This document shows, in pieces, positions 43,531 to 58,270 of a stretch of 64,000 nt of DNA; within the stretch, counting starts at the first letter, position 1, and each line of letters opens with the position of its first letter. The stretch is from NCBI GenBank assembly GCA_012295275.1, contig CM022673.1, positions 27,528,001-27,592,000 on the forward strand, in the 5' to 3' direction. This DNA is from Chrysomallon squamiferum (taxonomy: Eukaryota; Animalia; Mollusca). Below the pieces are notes generated by a model. The model did no database searches, had not been told where the DNA came from, and worked only from the letters and a program-made list of their open reading frames with translations. The position numbers were made by a program, and so were the translations under genes.

Positions 43531-44479
43531 GAAAGAGATAGATGAGAGATGGAGAAAGAAAGAAAGAAAGGACAGACCAGAGAGAAAGGCAAAGAAAGAA
43601 AGTAAAAGACTGAAACAGAGATATAAAGAGAGGAAAAGAAAAAAAGAAAGAAAAAAAAGAGAGAGGAATAAGAAAGTTAAAGACGAATGAGATAAGATAC
43701 TTAGAGAGAAAATATTTGTTTATAGTAGGTCATAACGAACTGATACAAAAGTCCAGTTTCCTCTGAATAAATTTCATCTTATAAACTATTCTGAGGTAAT
43801 CAGCAGACTGTACTTTAACTGTAACTTGAATCAATATTTTAATTTGGCCTGAAAACACTATCAATAATTTAAGCTAAATATCTTATTTAATAAACTAGCT
43901 GCACTCAGTAATGGAATAATAATTATTTGTAATTAACATAGAGCTAAAGCCGCATTTGTTCTTTACAATTTCCTGTCACTTTTTTTACCTGTAGTAATTT
44001 TTTTTTTTTTTTTTTTTAAAAAACGTTAATCAGATTTCTTTCTGAACTTTATTTAACTCTAATCGCTTCAAAAGACGTAATGTTGATTACCATTCAAAAG
44101 AAAAGCCATCTTCAAATTTCACTTTTATCAAGTTAAAAACATTACACAGTGCCACCACGAGAATTCCTTTCGTCTACAACAAACGTATCGTCAAAGAAGA
44201 TCTACGGAGAATAATTTTATTTTAATTACACTGAGAACAGAAAATGAGCATCTAACAAACACACAAAATGTCAGAGCTTTAACGACAGTGAAACTGCGCA
44301 GTCGCTGTAATCAGCAATAAATGGCTTTCCTCATTACAAGACTTCCCGTAACTCACTTCTTTCTGCCGCTAATTCGAAACGTATAAACTTTCTTTTTCGT
44401 CGTGTCTTTGTTTGATATATTTCTCTGTTGTTGTAAATGCAAATGCATACAGACTTTTTATGTCAAATGTTAAAGAGAA

Positions 44480-44630
44480 AAGCTGAGATTTCATAGGGTC
44501 GTATGATCGAACCATTTCGCTGTTCTCTTTGGACTTTTTCTCCCCAGTCAGTAACCTTAAAGGCCGTGATTTGTTATTTCCAACCCACGGGAAGGTGCAT
44601 ATAACGAGCTGCGTGTTGCTTGTGGCTGTT
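44480..44630 (+). mobile_element. Degenerate tRNA-derived SINE (MetaSINE-like)
   Basis: B-box-like ggtcgtatgatcgaacc, then aaaggccgtgatttgt...cacgggaaggtgcatataa; homologous to 37124-37196. Confidence 0.6.
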
Positions 44631-45713
44631 TGTTTTCTTTCTTGTTTATGTATATATATAAATGTACGTATGTATGTGTGTATAATAAATAGTTCTGGAT
44701 CACGTGTGCCCCATATGCTGAAGATATCATTAAATAAGTTAGGTTATTTAAACTGAAGAGCTCGCCAAAAGAGTGCGGTAACACTGAATTACTGATTGTA
44801 AATAAGATTTGGAAGGTAGTATCACTGTTTCTTAATAACACTAGGTCATATGAATTAAATTAGAGTTTAATTTGACATTTTGAATATGATAATACATTAA
44901 ACTTGTTAATTTAAAACTTTTAATTATATATTTTTAATACTGCATCGTAAATTTGTATAAAATATTTAAATTTTACTTCAAAAATATATGTATTAGAAAC
45001 TTAACTTTTACATTTGAAATTTTTAATAAAATATTTAAATTTCTCCTTTAAATTGCTATAAGGTTATCGACAAAAAGACTTTATGAAATAGTTCCCTAAT
45101 TCGAGAATAATCTGATTTAAATCTGAAACATTTTTAGGACAAAGAACTGATAAAATGTAATTAGCTGTTAGCTAAATCGCTGTTGGTTTTAAAACCTTGA
45201 CGTCAAAGGTTCTACAGAAGTCGTATGATATTCGTTAAAATCGGCTTACAGGACTATAAATATTACTTAAAATCCACCCACTTTAATCAGAGAGAACTGG
45301 CAAACAGTTCGGAAATCTAATAAAAAGGAAGACAAAACATACAGAAACAAACAAAACAAAACCAAAAAAAAAAAAGAAAAAAGAACAAAAGAAAAAAAAA
45401 GAAATGATAAACGGCAGGTTTTAAAACAGACTGAAGTAAAGGAGTGCTCTTTGTTTGTTTGTTTGTTTATCATTATTATTATTATTTTTTGTTTGTTTGT
45501 TTATTTTTAACATTTATTCTACAAATTTTGAGTCCATAGTAACTGATATATTAGTGAAGAGAAAAACAAATTTCGGAACAACGATAACAGTAGCAGAACT
45601 AAAAACAAAAAAACTACAACAGTAATAATAAAAAATAAAAATAAATAAGAACGAAAGAAACGGTAACAAAAACAATGACAAAAGAACAACCAACAATTAT
45701 AACAACAAAAACA

Positions 45714-45815
<102 letters not shown>

Positions 45816-46443
45816 AAATAAGAACTCACAACAAATATTTTCAACACCACCTCCTGAACATACAAACAACTACCAAAACGTTATAATCAGATTTAAACAA
45901 CACAGACAGAACGAATGACTAAATGACAACACAAATCTGTTCTTAACTGTGAATCCAGATCTTACTACATATCAGTGAAACGAGGAATGAAGCCCACTAA
46001 TTACTTTACAAGCTATATTCTTACCGATTAGCAACAAGGTATCATTTCTATGCGCCTTCCCATGAACAGCCTGTGTGATAAACAGTTCGTGATGCAACAG
46101 TTGGAACAGAACATAGGCCAGAGATAGAGGAAGAGATTAAACAGTAATTGTACAGTGATTGAAGGAACAACGACAATCAGTTTTGTTGTTTGAGAATGAA
46201 AACATTACTGAAATACCTCTGGGAAATCAAATGAAATTACAATTTTTTTTTTACAGGAAGACGAGGTTGCCAAGAAAGCAGTTTTGCGTAAAATCATCAC
46301 AGATTGTTGAAATGTTTGGTTCACGTAGCAGGCATGAATCTGGCGCGTTTTGTATTCAGTATTCTCGGTTTTGTTTGGAGTGAAATCTTTAAATAGCATA
46401 GTATTCATAAAGCAGCTACACACACAAAAATACACACACATAT

Positions 46444-46509
<66 letters not shown>

Positions 46510-47099
46510 CCCCTTTAAAAATAACAACAAAATTCACCCAAAATTATAACAAAACAAAAAACAACAAAACCATGCAACTATGAAACAAAGAAATCAAGTT
46601 AATTAATTATAAGAGTTTAAAGAAATATCTCGATAGGAATATTTCTGTTATGTTTTCTTGTGGATTTAATACACCACCGAAACAAAATCTATTTAAATTA
46701 TTATTATTATTTTTTTTACTTCGTTTACAGGTACATTATTACCTTAGAGGTTAAAATATGATAACAATTAATTATTGAAGCGTAGAGATATAAATTTCAA
46801 TTGTTCGATGTAGACATCACCCTCATGGCTGGTGATTAACCACTCCCACACAGCCGCATAGTGCAGGCTTTGAAGAGGCCGTTTAGGAATTGATGGCGAG
46901 TCAAGACAATATCGGTTTTAATTTCTTTTAAGAAACAGCCCGCGGAATGATTTGTAGAGGTACAGAGACAGACAGTGTGTGAGAGGGAATAAAAAGAGAA
47001 AAGTGTATACATAGACAGAAAGATAGATAGATAAATAGTGAATGAAAGAGTAAGAAAGAGATTACAACTGAGACAGACAGAAAAAAAAGAAGACTGGCA

Positions 47100-47480
<381 letters not shown>

Positions 47481-48169
47481 ACTAAATGAGTACAGGGTAA
47501 GTTAAGTAAGGTCGAAGTTAAAGGTCTAAGTCAAAAGTCTAATATATTTCTTATTACGAACCTCAGTGCTTGTGAAAAAGCTTATATTAAACGCCAGACT
47601 GTTTTTATTTCAAAGGTTTGACGCGTGTTTAACTATAATTATATCAAAAGTTATTTTTCTTTGAAAGGACAAACTGTTTCATTAAAGGTCTCACTTGTAC
47701 TTTTTTAAACATCCAAACTCTAACTCTATATAGTTGTTTTTTGGTATTTTTTTGGATGTGATCTTGAAACTGACACTAAATCAAACTTCTCAATAGGAAG
47801 CTTTTTGAAAAAACAAAAAGGAAGTTTCACATTAAGGAAAAGTATGTCTTTCCTTTAAAAGCCATTTCTTAAATTAACAGCCCTCGATATGTGGGTGTTT
47901 TGTCTGTTTTTAATTTTTATATATTTAATTTTTTTTGAAAAGCACAAATTTTACACTAAAGGTCATATTATATATGCTTTGCATGGGGGAAAATAATAAA
48001 AAGATAAAACTCAAACAAACAAACAAATCAAAAATTAAAAAAAAAAAAAAAAAAAACCTAAAAACAACAAAAAAACAACAACAAAAAAAAAAAAAAAAAA
48101 AAAAAAACAATAAAAAAGCAACAAAAAACCCCAAGCTAACAAACAATAACAAACAGATTAAATATAAGG

Positions 48170-48206
<37 letters not shown>

Positions 48207-48832
48207 ACAATGCCTGTTACATTTAAAAGTCAAAAATAGACGTTTTCAAGAAAATGCTTTTTAAAACGAAGTTAACGTCTAGACTTAATTACCACCGACT
48301 TCCTTTTCGTGATTTCCAGCTAATTGTCACCCATTTTCAGCTCCAAGAGGCGACGATCAAAGAAAACGTGTCCGTAAAAACAAAGCACTTGCGTCCGTTT
48401 TAGTGTCCGTAAATTGGTGCGTTGATCAAGTGGTTAGCTTTGACACTTAGTGCAAGAGTAGCCCAGAGAAATCCTAGTGCACAGATGACTGGAGGACGTG
48501 AATGAACTTGACAAAACTGCTAAATTTTAGTGTGTCGTTGACGCATTATGGAAGTTTAGTACATTTTTGAGTACATGAGGAGTGGGTGATGAATGCATTG
48601 GTAGGCAACCTGGAGTCAGATTGGAAGAACGATAATTAGATTTTTAAAAGAAATGTTAATTAAACTCTTGTAAAAAACTCTTGTAGGATTTTTGTTTTTC
48701 TTATTTTTGAATTTTGAATTTATTTATCCATTTTTTTTTTTTTTATATCGCTCAAAATATTTCAAATTAAAATGACTTAGTTTTTGGTTTGAAAGTCAAA
48801 CTTGTTAATTAGAATCTGTCATGTTTACGCGT

Positions 48833-48863
<31 letters not shown>

Positions 48864-49567
48864 CTAAATAAAGAAATAATAATAACAATTAAAAAAAAAT
48901 CGTTGAAAACAACCACAAATTAATATAGCCGCAGAAAATGTTTCTTCAAAATAAACGATAAACAACAAGAATAAGAACAGTAACAACAACAACAACAACA
49001 ACAGTAATAATAAGACCTGTAGCAGTGATAATAATAATGATGATGATGATAATGAATACAGTAAAAACAATAAAGATTATGATGTAACGATGACGTAATC
49101 GTGAATGACACAAATCACCCCAAACCCCCCCTCAAAAACAAAAAAAAAAAAAAACCAAACAAAAACAAAAACGAAATATAATCAAATAAAAACGAAAATA
49201 AAACCAAATTTTAAAACCCTTTCATTTCTCTGTTTGATCTTTTATTAGAAATTCATTTTCTAAAAAACTTTCCAACAAAGAAAAACAAAATGAATATTCC
49301 AAGGTTTCCGGAAAACTGCCAGGAATAATTACAATTATAAAACCCATGCTGCTTATTAAAATCCACGCTGATCTTAAAACAACAAAAATTAATGACTAAT
49401 AGAGCTGCTGAAAATAAATTTGAAGAATCCATAACAGATGTTAATTTGCAAACAACAGTAAATAAACGTCAAACTTTTATATCAAATTAATCAAATACAT
49501 AGTTTAGGAGGGAACTTGATTGAAACACAAAGAATATTATGTTACAACATCAGTTCTTCTTAGTGCA

Positions 49568-49720
49568 CCCACAAGGTATTTCCAGTTCCAACCAGTGCGC
49601 AAGAACTGATGTTTCATCAGATACGGTATATACTTTCCTGCTGTCTGTGGGCAGCTCGTATAAAGACGCCTTGCTGCTATTAATTAAAAGCAGTCCAGTG
49701 TTTGGTGAAATCAGAATTCA
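49568..49720 (+). mobile_element. SINE body relic (MetaSINE-like)
   Basis: gttccaaccagtgc..gaactg...ggtatatact...ctgtctgtggg...tataaagacgccttgctgcta...aaaagcagt, collinear with the other two copies and with the recalled Meta domain. Confidence 0.6.
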
Positions 49721-50045
49721 CGCTAAAGGTTTTTTTAAAAAAAAAAAAAAAAATAATAATAACTGGAAGAAGATAAATCATGCAAATAGGAACTTTGTTA
49801 CAGACCTACGTGTCACTTGGTACAAGAAAAGTATAAATATTCAGACTGAAGTACTTTGTTTAATTATGGCATTCATGCTTCAACAGTGGATCCATTTATC
49901 ATTTTTCGCGATGGAAACATTTGCTGTATAAAAATGCTGCGCAATTAATAGAGAGATGATGCCAGAAGTGAAAGTTTTTTCAACATCTTTAATAGTTAAG
50001 AAATAAAATGAATTATGTTTACAGTGTCTGCCAATTATCTAGTCT

Positions 50046-50123
<78 letters not shown>

Positions 50124-51181
50124 CTGTCTTTTTGTAAGAAAAGTAGAAAGATTACGTAATAATATAAAATTTAAATTTTTATTTTTATTTATTTATTTTT
50201 TTGTCTTAGATGTCTTTTTCTTGATAATATATACACACGTACCTACATACCTTATATACATGCATGCATATAGGTATACATACATTCACACACACACACA
50301 CACACACACATACATACACACACACATTCACACCTTTATATTTAAATAATTATACATACTTGAATAGAGACTAAGATCAAATTTTATCAAACAGATCTTT
50401 TCTTCGATCGTGCTTTCTGTCGATGATAAAAAACCTGCTTAAAACAAAAAACCAGAAAAGCTTTTGTAATATTGCATTGTTCGTTCATTTTCGGTTTTGA
50501 GGTCCTGGACTTAAATCAGATAAAAAGAATATTTTAGACAGTACTGATACAATTTCGTATTTAACCCTCGGGCTTGAGTAGTCCCAGCCTGGTAGTAATA
50601 AAACTAGCGCTCGTGACAGACACAAATTTAGTAACCAAAAACAAAACGGATCCGGATCAAAAAATTAATTAAGCTGAACAGGAAAGATAAAAACTACACT
50701 TAGGCTGGGTATAAATTAGTCGTTGAAAGCGACGATGTACAATTATTTGAATTTGAAAGAGGCTTGAATATCTTGTTCTCTGCAAAGCACGCAATAAACT
50801 GATTTTACCCAGTTACGCTAAACCTTATTTTCCTGCTTTTTTCCAATTACGGTTTTCCTGCCCGTGGCAAAGTTAGTAGGTCTTTGGGTCAGCTGTTTAG
50901 GCCATTCAGGATTCGCCTCCAGCGTAAAGTTGTCACTGATGTTTGTCCTCGAAGACAGTCTGAGTCATTATCGGCTTGTTGTTGTAATACTTACCAGAGC
51001 TTTGTTGTTCTATTTGTGAAAATCTTATTGGGATTAAAAAGTAAGTTTAAAAAAAAAAAAAAAATAAAAAAAAAAAAAAAAAAAAAAAAAAATAAAATAA
51101 GAAGAAATAAACAAAATACGTATATATTGAAAACAAAACAAAACAGAACATAATATTCATAAAGTCACACAAAAACAAAAA

Positions 51182-51223
<42 letters not shown>

Positions 51224-53196
51224 TTGGGTTTTGTTATTATATATTAAAATTTAAAAGTTAACCATTTAAAACAAAACAAAGCAAAATCTGTGAAAAAAAT
51301 AAAACAAAGTAAAAAAATGTAAAATATCATAAAAGAATAAAAAAGCTTCAAAAAAAAAAAAAAAATAAAAAAAATATATGTGAAAAAAATAAAAATAAAA
51401 ATAACAAACAAACAAAACAACCCCAAAAAAAAATATAACCTAGTACTTTTATCTTCACCTTTCGAGTTATAAAAGAAATGATTTACATAGCAACACACCC
51501 TGTTGAAGTCGCTGGGTGCCGTTTTGAAAACAATAACTGTATGACGTCATTCGTTTATCTCATTATGACGTCTACGGATTTACGTAGTAAAGAAAAAATA
51601 TATCGAGACGGTAACAGAATTTTCTTTATAAAATTGGACGATAACAACAACAACAATAATAATGATGATGATGATGATGATGATAAACCTAATCATCTAA
51701 ACATCCACTGTTACCGGAACGTTAGAAAAGTGCATTCGAGATCTACGTCCGATAGAACGTAACAACAGGTTATCTACAAACAAAACCTGAACGTACGCAG
51801 AAACATCTGCAGTGCTCCCCCGCTGGCAGAACGTATAACTACATTTACATCATCTACATACACAACAGCTTCAGACGTGAGCCGCGTAGCTTCCAGTAAA
51901 GATATGCGAAATTCTCTCAGCCCATCGATCTTTTATCCAGAAAAAACGTAAAACGTAAGACGATAATATAATGTGATAAGCGATTTCTTTTTTTTTAGTT
52001 CTCTCTTTGTCTGTGTCTGTTTTAGTTTATTTTAGTTTTGTGTGTCAGTGTTGTCTGTTTTCTGTCTCGTCATCTGAAGCGTTGTCTGGTTTTATCTTCA
52101 CTTTTTGTCTAACCTTGCCAGATCTGCGTAGCATTGTTAGTCTGTCGTAAGGAATCTGAATTCGTGTTTCTCTATTATTGTCTAATTATCGGCTTATTTG
52201 TATGATAGGCCTGATTTTTTTCCTTTTTCGATCACTTTTCTTTATTCTTCTACGTTTTTTTTTTTTCGTTTTTTTACCACATCTCCGTGACTTTATTCTT
52301 GTCTAACACTGTTTCTCCAGTGTTTGTCTACCTGTATTACTTTCTATTGAAATTATTTGTGATTTCATTTTTTTTTTTTCATTACGGCTCTTTTATACAA
52401 CGAGTTTGTCGAAGTTTTCCTCTAAAATGTATACAGATACAAAGTGTATTGGGTAATTATATTGTTATAATAGCTGATAAAGTATTTTACATATTTCCTA
52501 GTAGTGTTTACATATTCTAAAGAGATTACGTATGTGAAGAAATTATGAACGTTATTATTAAACAGACAGAAAAAACGTCAACACAGTTACTGTTTGAACG
52601 TTGATAATATTAATAAATATATTCTATTTAACAAATTGCTTACAGTAAAATATTTAGCCGTTAATTGTAAAAGTGTATTTACATTAACGTATAAAAAGAT
52701 TTAAGTCCGCAGTCTTACGAATATGTACATAACAATGCAGGCAAAGAAGAAAATTACATCTGAATTTCATATTTTCTGTTTTGTCGGCGAAATCTTGACT
52801 TAAACCAGTTTCTTTTACAAAATCGAATACAGTTTCAAGCGAAAGTTTGTTCTGTTAAAAATTCATTAATTTCTAGTTTGTGTGCCTTTCCTGGCGAGCA
52901 TAAATCTAACGATTTTTCGTAATTAGATGCAAAAAGAATAGTTAACATTATTAAAATACAAGTCCTGGCGACAGAATCAAAGACTCTGTTTCTTAGCAAA
53001 TTTTCATCAGCCTGTTTTGGAAAAGATGAGAATTTTAACCTTTTTGCCATCACCCACAGATTTATCAAATACATTAGGTTTGATCAGAAGTAATGAAAGC
53101 CGGTATCCATACATCGTTTACTTTAAACCTACAGAAAAAATTAGAAAATCAGCATAAATGACTTTAGTTTCTCGATGTTAGGACTTTTCAGAAATA

Positions 53197-53231
<35 letters not shown>

Positions 53232-54039
53232 ACGTCATCCTTCAAAGACATACTTTAGACGTACTGAAAAACTGATAACAATAGTATTCTGACACTACCG
53301 TTACAATTTCGGTTTTGATTATATTAGTTATATTCAGAAATTAAAAAAAATACGAACTGCTTTTAACCTATTGAAATATCTAAAAAAAAAAAGAAAAAAA
53401 AAAAAAAACGAAGATAAAAAAAAAAAAAAGAAAAAAAAGAAAAAAGAAAAAGAAAAAAAGAAAAAGAAACAAAAAAAAAGAGAAAAAGAAAAAAAAGAAA
53501 CAAAAAAAGACAACAACACAACAATCAGCATATTACTATCAAAAGGATCAATACATACATTATTGATATATATACTGTTGAGCTGGCTTATATAACAGCC
53601 TTTTTCTCATCACGTTACAAATGTTTTTTTAATCAACGAAAACTATAACAGAAAAAGAAATATATTGATAATTCAGAGGATATCAGACAACCCCATCCTT
53701 CGATTCACGTATTTTACATACTTTGTGCATGAACAGTCACGTGCATTTTTCATGAAATATCACTTTACACGTGCTATCATCCCATTACTAACCCGTCACT
53801 TCACCGATATTACGTATTTCTGATATTACACAAGTGCCGTTATCATATCTTTTTTTTTTTAATCGTCGTTATGAAGATAAATTGACGACAAAAATGTGAA
53901 TATAAAACTGAGTAAACTGAGAAGTATAGAAAGAGGAAGATTTTTAAACAAAATGTATATTTAAATACAACAAGAAGTGTACGTTTGTTTCATATACTTC
54001 GTCTAGCTATGTGGACAGAGTCTATCCATTTGTCCCTGT

Positions 54040-54290
54040 CTGTCTGTCTATATACCTATCTATCTGTCTATTTAACTATCTATCTATCCATCCATCCTTC
54101 CTTCCTTCCATCCATCCATCCATCCATCCATCCATCCATCCATCCATCCATCCATCCATCCATCCATCCATCCATCCATCCATCTATCTACTTATCTATC
54201 TATCTATCTACCTGTTTACCTACCTATCTATCTATCTATCTATCTATATATGTATGTATGTATATGTATATGTATGTTTGTATATATGCA
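54040..54290. repeat. (CCAT)n/(CTAT)n/(ATGT)n compound tetranucleotide repeat
   Basis: Direct reading. Confidence 0.95.
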
Positions 54291-56337
54291 TGCTTAATGC
54301 GTCATCATTTTGCAATAAACCAGAAAACATCTGACTTATGTAAATTTTAAAAATAAAACAAGGAGGATATGTTTATCATAGCCACTTCTTAATATCAGTT
54401 ATCTTTTGAATGTACTAAGAGGATCCCACAAAATGCTTTTAAAATACTTGTTCTTAATTGAAAATATTAGTAATGCTACCTTACTGAAGAGTTATAATAA
54501 CAAAATTAAATAAAAAAAAAAAAAAAAAAAAAAAATATATATATAAAAAAATCAAAACCTTCTATTAATCTCTCAAAAGAAAAACATCTTTGAAAAACAG
54601 TTTTAAAATGTTATTTTTATTATCGTGCCAAAAGATCGCGTTTTACGCATCATAAAATGTCATAAAATTGGTTAGAACGGGATAAAAAATTGTTGAAAAA
54701 TGTTTTTTTCAAGGATGTATATAATGCTGTTCAGTGATTTAGGTAGTACCTCACATCGAACTAATTTCTGCTAGATATTTAAAACTAATGAATTGTGATA
54801 ATTAACGAAAATAATGATTTTAATCATGTTCGTCATCGTTGTTATAATATTGTTGATTTTTATCCTCCTGCACGTCCTCATTATCATCATAAATCATCAT
54901 CATCATCATTGTTATTTATTATTATTATTAGCAGTAGTAGTAGTAGTAGTGGTAATAGTAGCAGTGGTGGTAGTAGTAGTAGTAGTGACAGTATAATAAT
55001 AGTAACGATAGTGGTAATGGTAGCAACGATAGTAATAGTTTCAACAGTGGTTAAAAACAATTTGTCGCAACTGGCATAAGAAAAACCCAGTAACAACGAC
55101 CACAACAAAAACAACAACAAAAATAATTATAATAATTTCAAGTACAGCAACATCATCATCATCAACAACAACAACAATGATAATGCTTCATTTCTAATTT
55201 TTCAGGGTTGCTGTAACGAAGAAGATGAACTACAGCTGATAATGAGAAAGAAACCACTGGAAGAAATTAAAACAGCGGCTACAAAGTAAAGAAAATATCG
55301 GAAAATAGTTATTTGTATCTGAGACATCAACTAAACACCAGAGTTAAATTTACGATAGTGTTTGGTTTGAGAAGAAAAAAAAGCGAGATAACTGAATAAG
55401 ATAACACAAATCAGTAGCTGTCAGATCACTGGACTCAGAGAGAAATGCTGTGATCAGATTTATACCTTTTGAACATAAACAGGGAATCGCATGCAGGAAG
55501 AAATAACGTAACGTTAAAAAGAGAGAGAGAGAAAAAAAAAAAAAAAAAAAAGAAGAACAAAAAGAAAAGCAGCGAAAGCAGCAGCAGCAGCAGCAACAAC
55601 AACAACAAGAAGAACAATAGAACAACAACAACAACAACAATCATTTTGTAATTGCCAGCTAAATTTTAGTTGGCAGTGAAATCGCTTTACAACGGCGCAT
55701 ATGAAGAAGAAGACGAGCGAAAACACGGACACACACACACACACAAAACAAACCATTCATTTCTTCTCCCGTTTCCAGTCTTTCCCACGACACTAGCTAG
55801 ATGGGGGACTGACTTTTCAGGTAAATCGAATGAACGAGGAGAAATTCGTTATCGATGACTTAGTGTAGGTGGGAGACCGCTCGCTCGCTCGCGAATTGGC
55901 TCGTAATTAATAGAGCAGGCCAGAAAGCTTTTCGCCGAAATGGTTCTTCTGGTTGTGTAATTTCACGGCTCGCGGTCGTCCTGGAGTTATCTACGTTTTT
56001 CTTTCTTGCAAAAATTGTGCCACAATTGCTTCTTGGGGCAAAGCAAAGCAGCAAGACATCGCAGCTGATATTGCGTTTGTTAGCGCGTTGTTTACAGACA
56101 GCGGAATCGTCGTACACGCAATTCAGAGTGGCGAGAGAAATTCTGTGAATGCTGGATATACACACGGAGTATATACACACAGACATATATATATATATAT
56201 ATATTCTTAAAAGTTTTGTTATATACTGGTTGAACGTATCGGTTTTAATAAGTCTTCACTCAGTTTTCAGTGGTGTTTGGATTATGATGTTCATTTAGAA
56301 GGTAAATCATTTAAATTAAATTTGATAGTTGTTGTTG

Positions 56338-56369
<32 letters not shown>

Positions 56370-56382
56370 GATTATTATTTGA

Positions 56383-56430
<48 letters not shown>

Positions 56431-58195
56431 TTATTATTAACTTTAATACATACATACATTATTTTTTTTTTTTATTAATAATTATTATTAATTTTATTTT
56501 TTCGCTAAGTCATTCCTATGTCGAAAACATCAGTATAACTATTTATCGGTTTATAACTCTCTTCATTAAGATATATATATATATATATATATATATAGAT
56601 ATATATTAAAAAGTCTTTATCGCTGACTTAATTAAGCTGTATCACACTAAACCAGAGATAACCGTGCTGGCCACGGTTTTGAGTGATTTACAGCCAGATT
56701 ATCCGCTCTGATTAGTGATTACACTATCGACTGACTTAGACTCTACTGTCTTAATCTGAAATCATTATCCACTAAACTTACTTGACTACCGGGCTCTTGT
56801 TAACTACTATTTCTTTTTTCTTTTTTTTCTTCTTCTTTCTTTAATTTAATTTTATTTTTTTATTTTGATCGTTAAAAAACAGACCAGTAGGAAGAGGACT
56901 TTAATTTGGAGCGCGTGCTGGTTACCGAGAAGAAATCTGGACGAAGAAATGGATTTAATTTGGCGCACGTGCCGAGTGCCAGCAGATACCCACAACTAGT
57001 GGGTCAATTACTTGGTCAATAATTGGACCTGCCGATGGCAGCAGTCTGCTATTGAAATCTGATTAGAATCGTGAAGCGAGGAAACTTCTATTGTCGACTG
57101 AATGACCAGTGATTTATGCAAATCATCCGCGATTCCCAGATTAAAAGTGCAAGAATGAAATAATTCCTGGCACATCGAAAGACGAAAGCAGCCTTATACG
57201 ACAAGCCTTATTATATGTTTTTTTTGTTTTTATTATTTTCCTCCACTTTGGAGAGTTAAACAAAAAAAATTTTTTTTTTTGGTTAACTTTTTGAATTGTT
57301 ATAAAACTGAAACTAGTTACCACGTGTGTGTTGTATTGGTTTCATGATGTTACGTTTCAGAAGGATTATCAACTGATTTCTTTGGATGACTAAAACATCA
57401 TCATCATCATCGTCATCATCATTCAGGTTCTCAGGCCTTAAATCTTCTAGTCTTAAATGTTCGTGACAACTTAGTGACGTTTCTACGGAATAAATTACCT
57501 TCTGTGTATTTTCCTGTACAGGAATTTTGGAAGAGGACATTTCTGCGATCCATTTATCTCCTTTTTTAATTATTTTTTTCACAGACAAAAAAAAAAAAAA
57601 AAAAAAAGTTTATAATATATAAATATTGACATATAATCTCTCCTTGGCTGCTATTTAAATTTTTTAATTAATAATTAACATCGACGGATTACAAAATATA
57701 AACATGAATGGAAGAGAGTGAAGGATAATTCATAAATAATTCGTTCAAATTTCACGGATCAGTTTCTGACGGATATAGTCTTCTCGGTATCTGTTTTCAC
57801 TTACTAAATGGAAGAAGAAAAAAAATCGAAACCAAAATAAAAACAACAACCAGCAATAACAATAAAAAAAAATAGATTTTCAATTGATTCTATATAATGC
57901 AAACCGGATAAAGTTTCTTTTTTTGAATCGCAGTCGTTGATGGAAGCAAAACAGTTTTTCAACGAACGCAGATCTTTTTAACGCAATTAAATCTATTTGT
58001 GAACGTGTCGTAAGAAATTATTGAAATACTGTTTAAGGTTCTGAGTTTTCATTAAAGCCAATTTTTTGGAACTTTTTTTTTATTTTTTTTTTTTTTTTTT
58101 TTTTTCTCTGTTTGGAAACTTCGATTTATATCTACTTTTGCGGAATACCATTTTGATGAAGTTGACAAGAGTGATGACGTCGTTTTAATGAATCC

Positions 58196-58270
58196 ATGGC
58201 AGACTTCTTTGTAAATAGACTGACTCCCATTATCGTCTTCCTGTTAATAGCAGACGACAGCAAAGGGGAG
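58196..58270 (+). CDS. Candidate first coding exon encoding a signal-peptide-like sequence (unverified)
   Basis: ATG at 58196 opens MADFFVNRLTPIIVFLLIADDSKGE, ending at a perfect AG|GTAAGT donor; no homology recognised. Confidence 0.2.

Noticed and set aside
47495-47545. Array of nuclear-receptor half-sites
   Set aside because: All are degenerate and better explained as a short decayed 7 bp tandem repeat
51808-51828. CTCF site (gtgctcccccgctggca)
   Set aside because: It needs a 1 bp indel to fit the core consensus
57313-57588. 91 aa minus-strand ORF with an acidic tract
   Set aside because: The poly-Asp comes from a (GAT)n repeat, the start is non-ATG, and no domain is recognised
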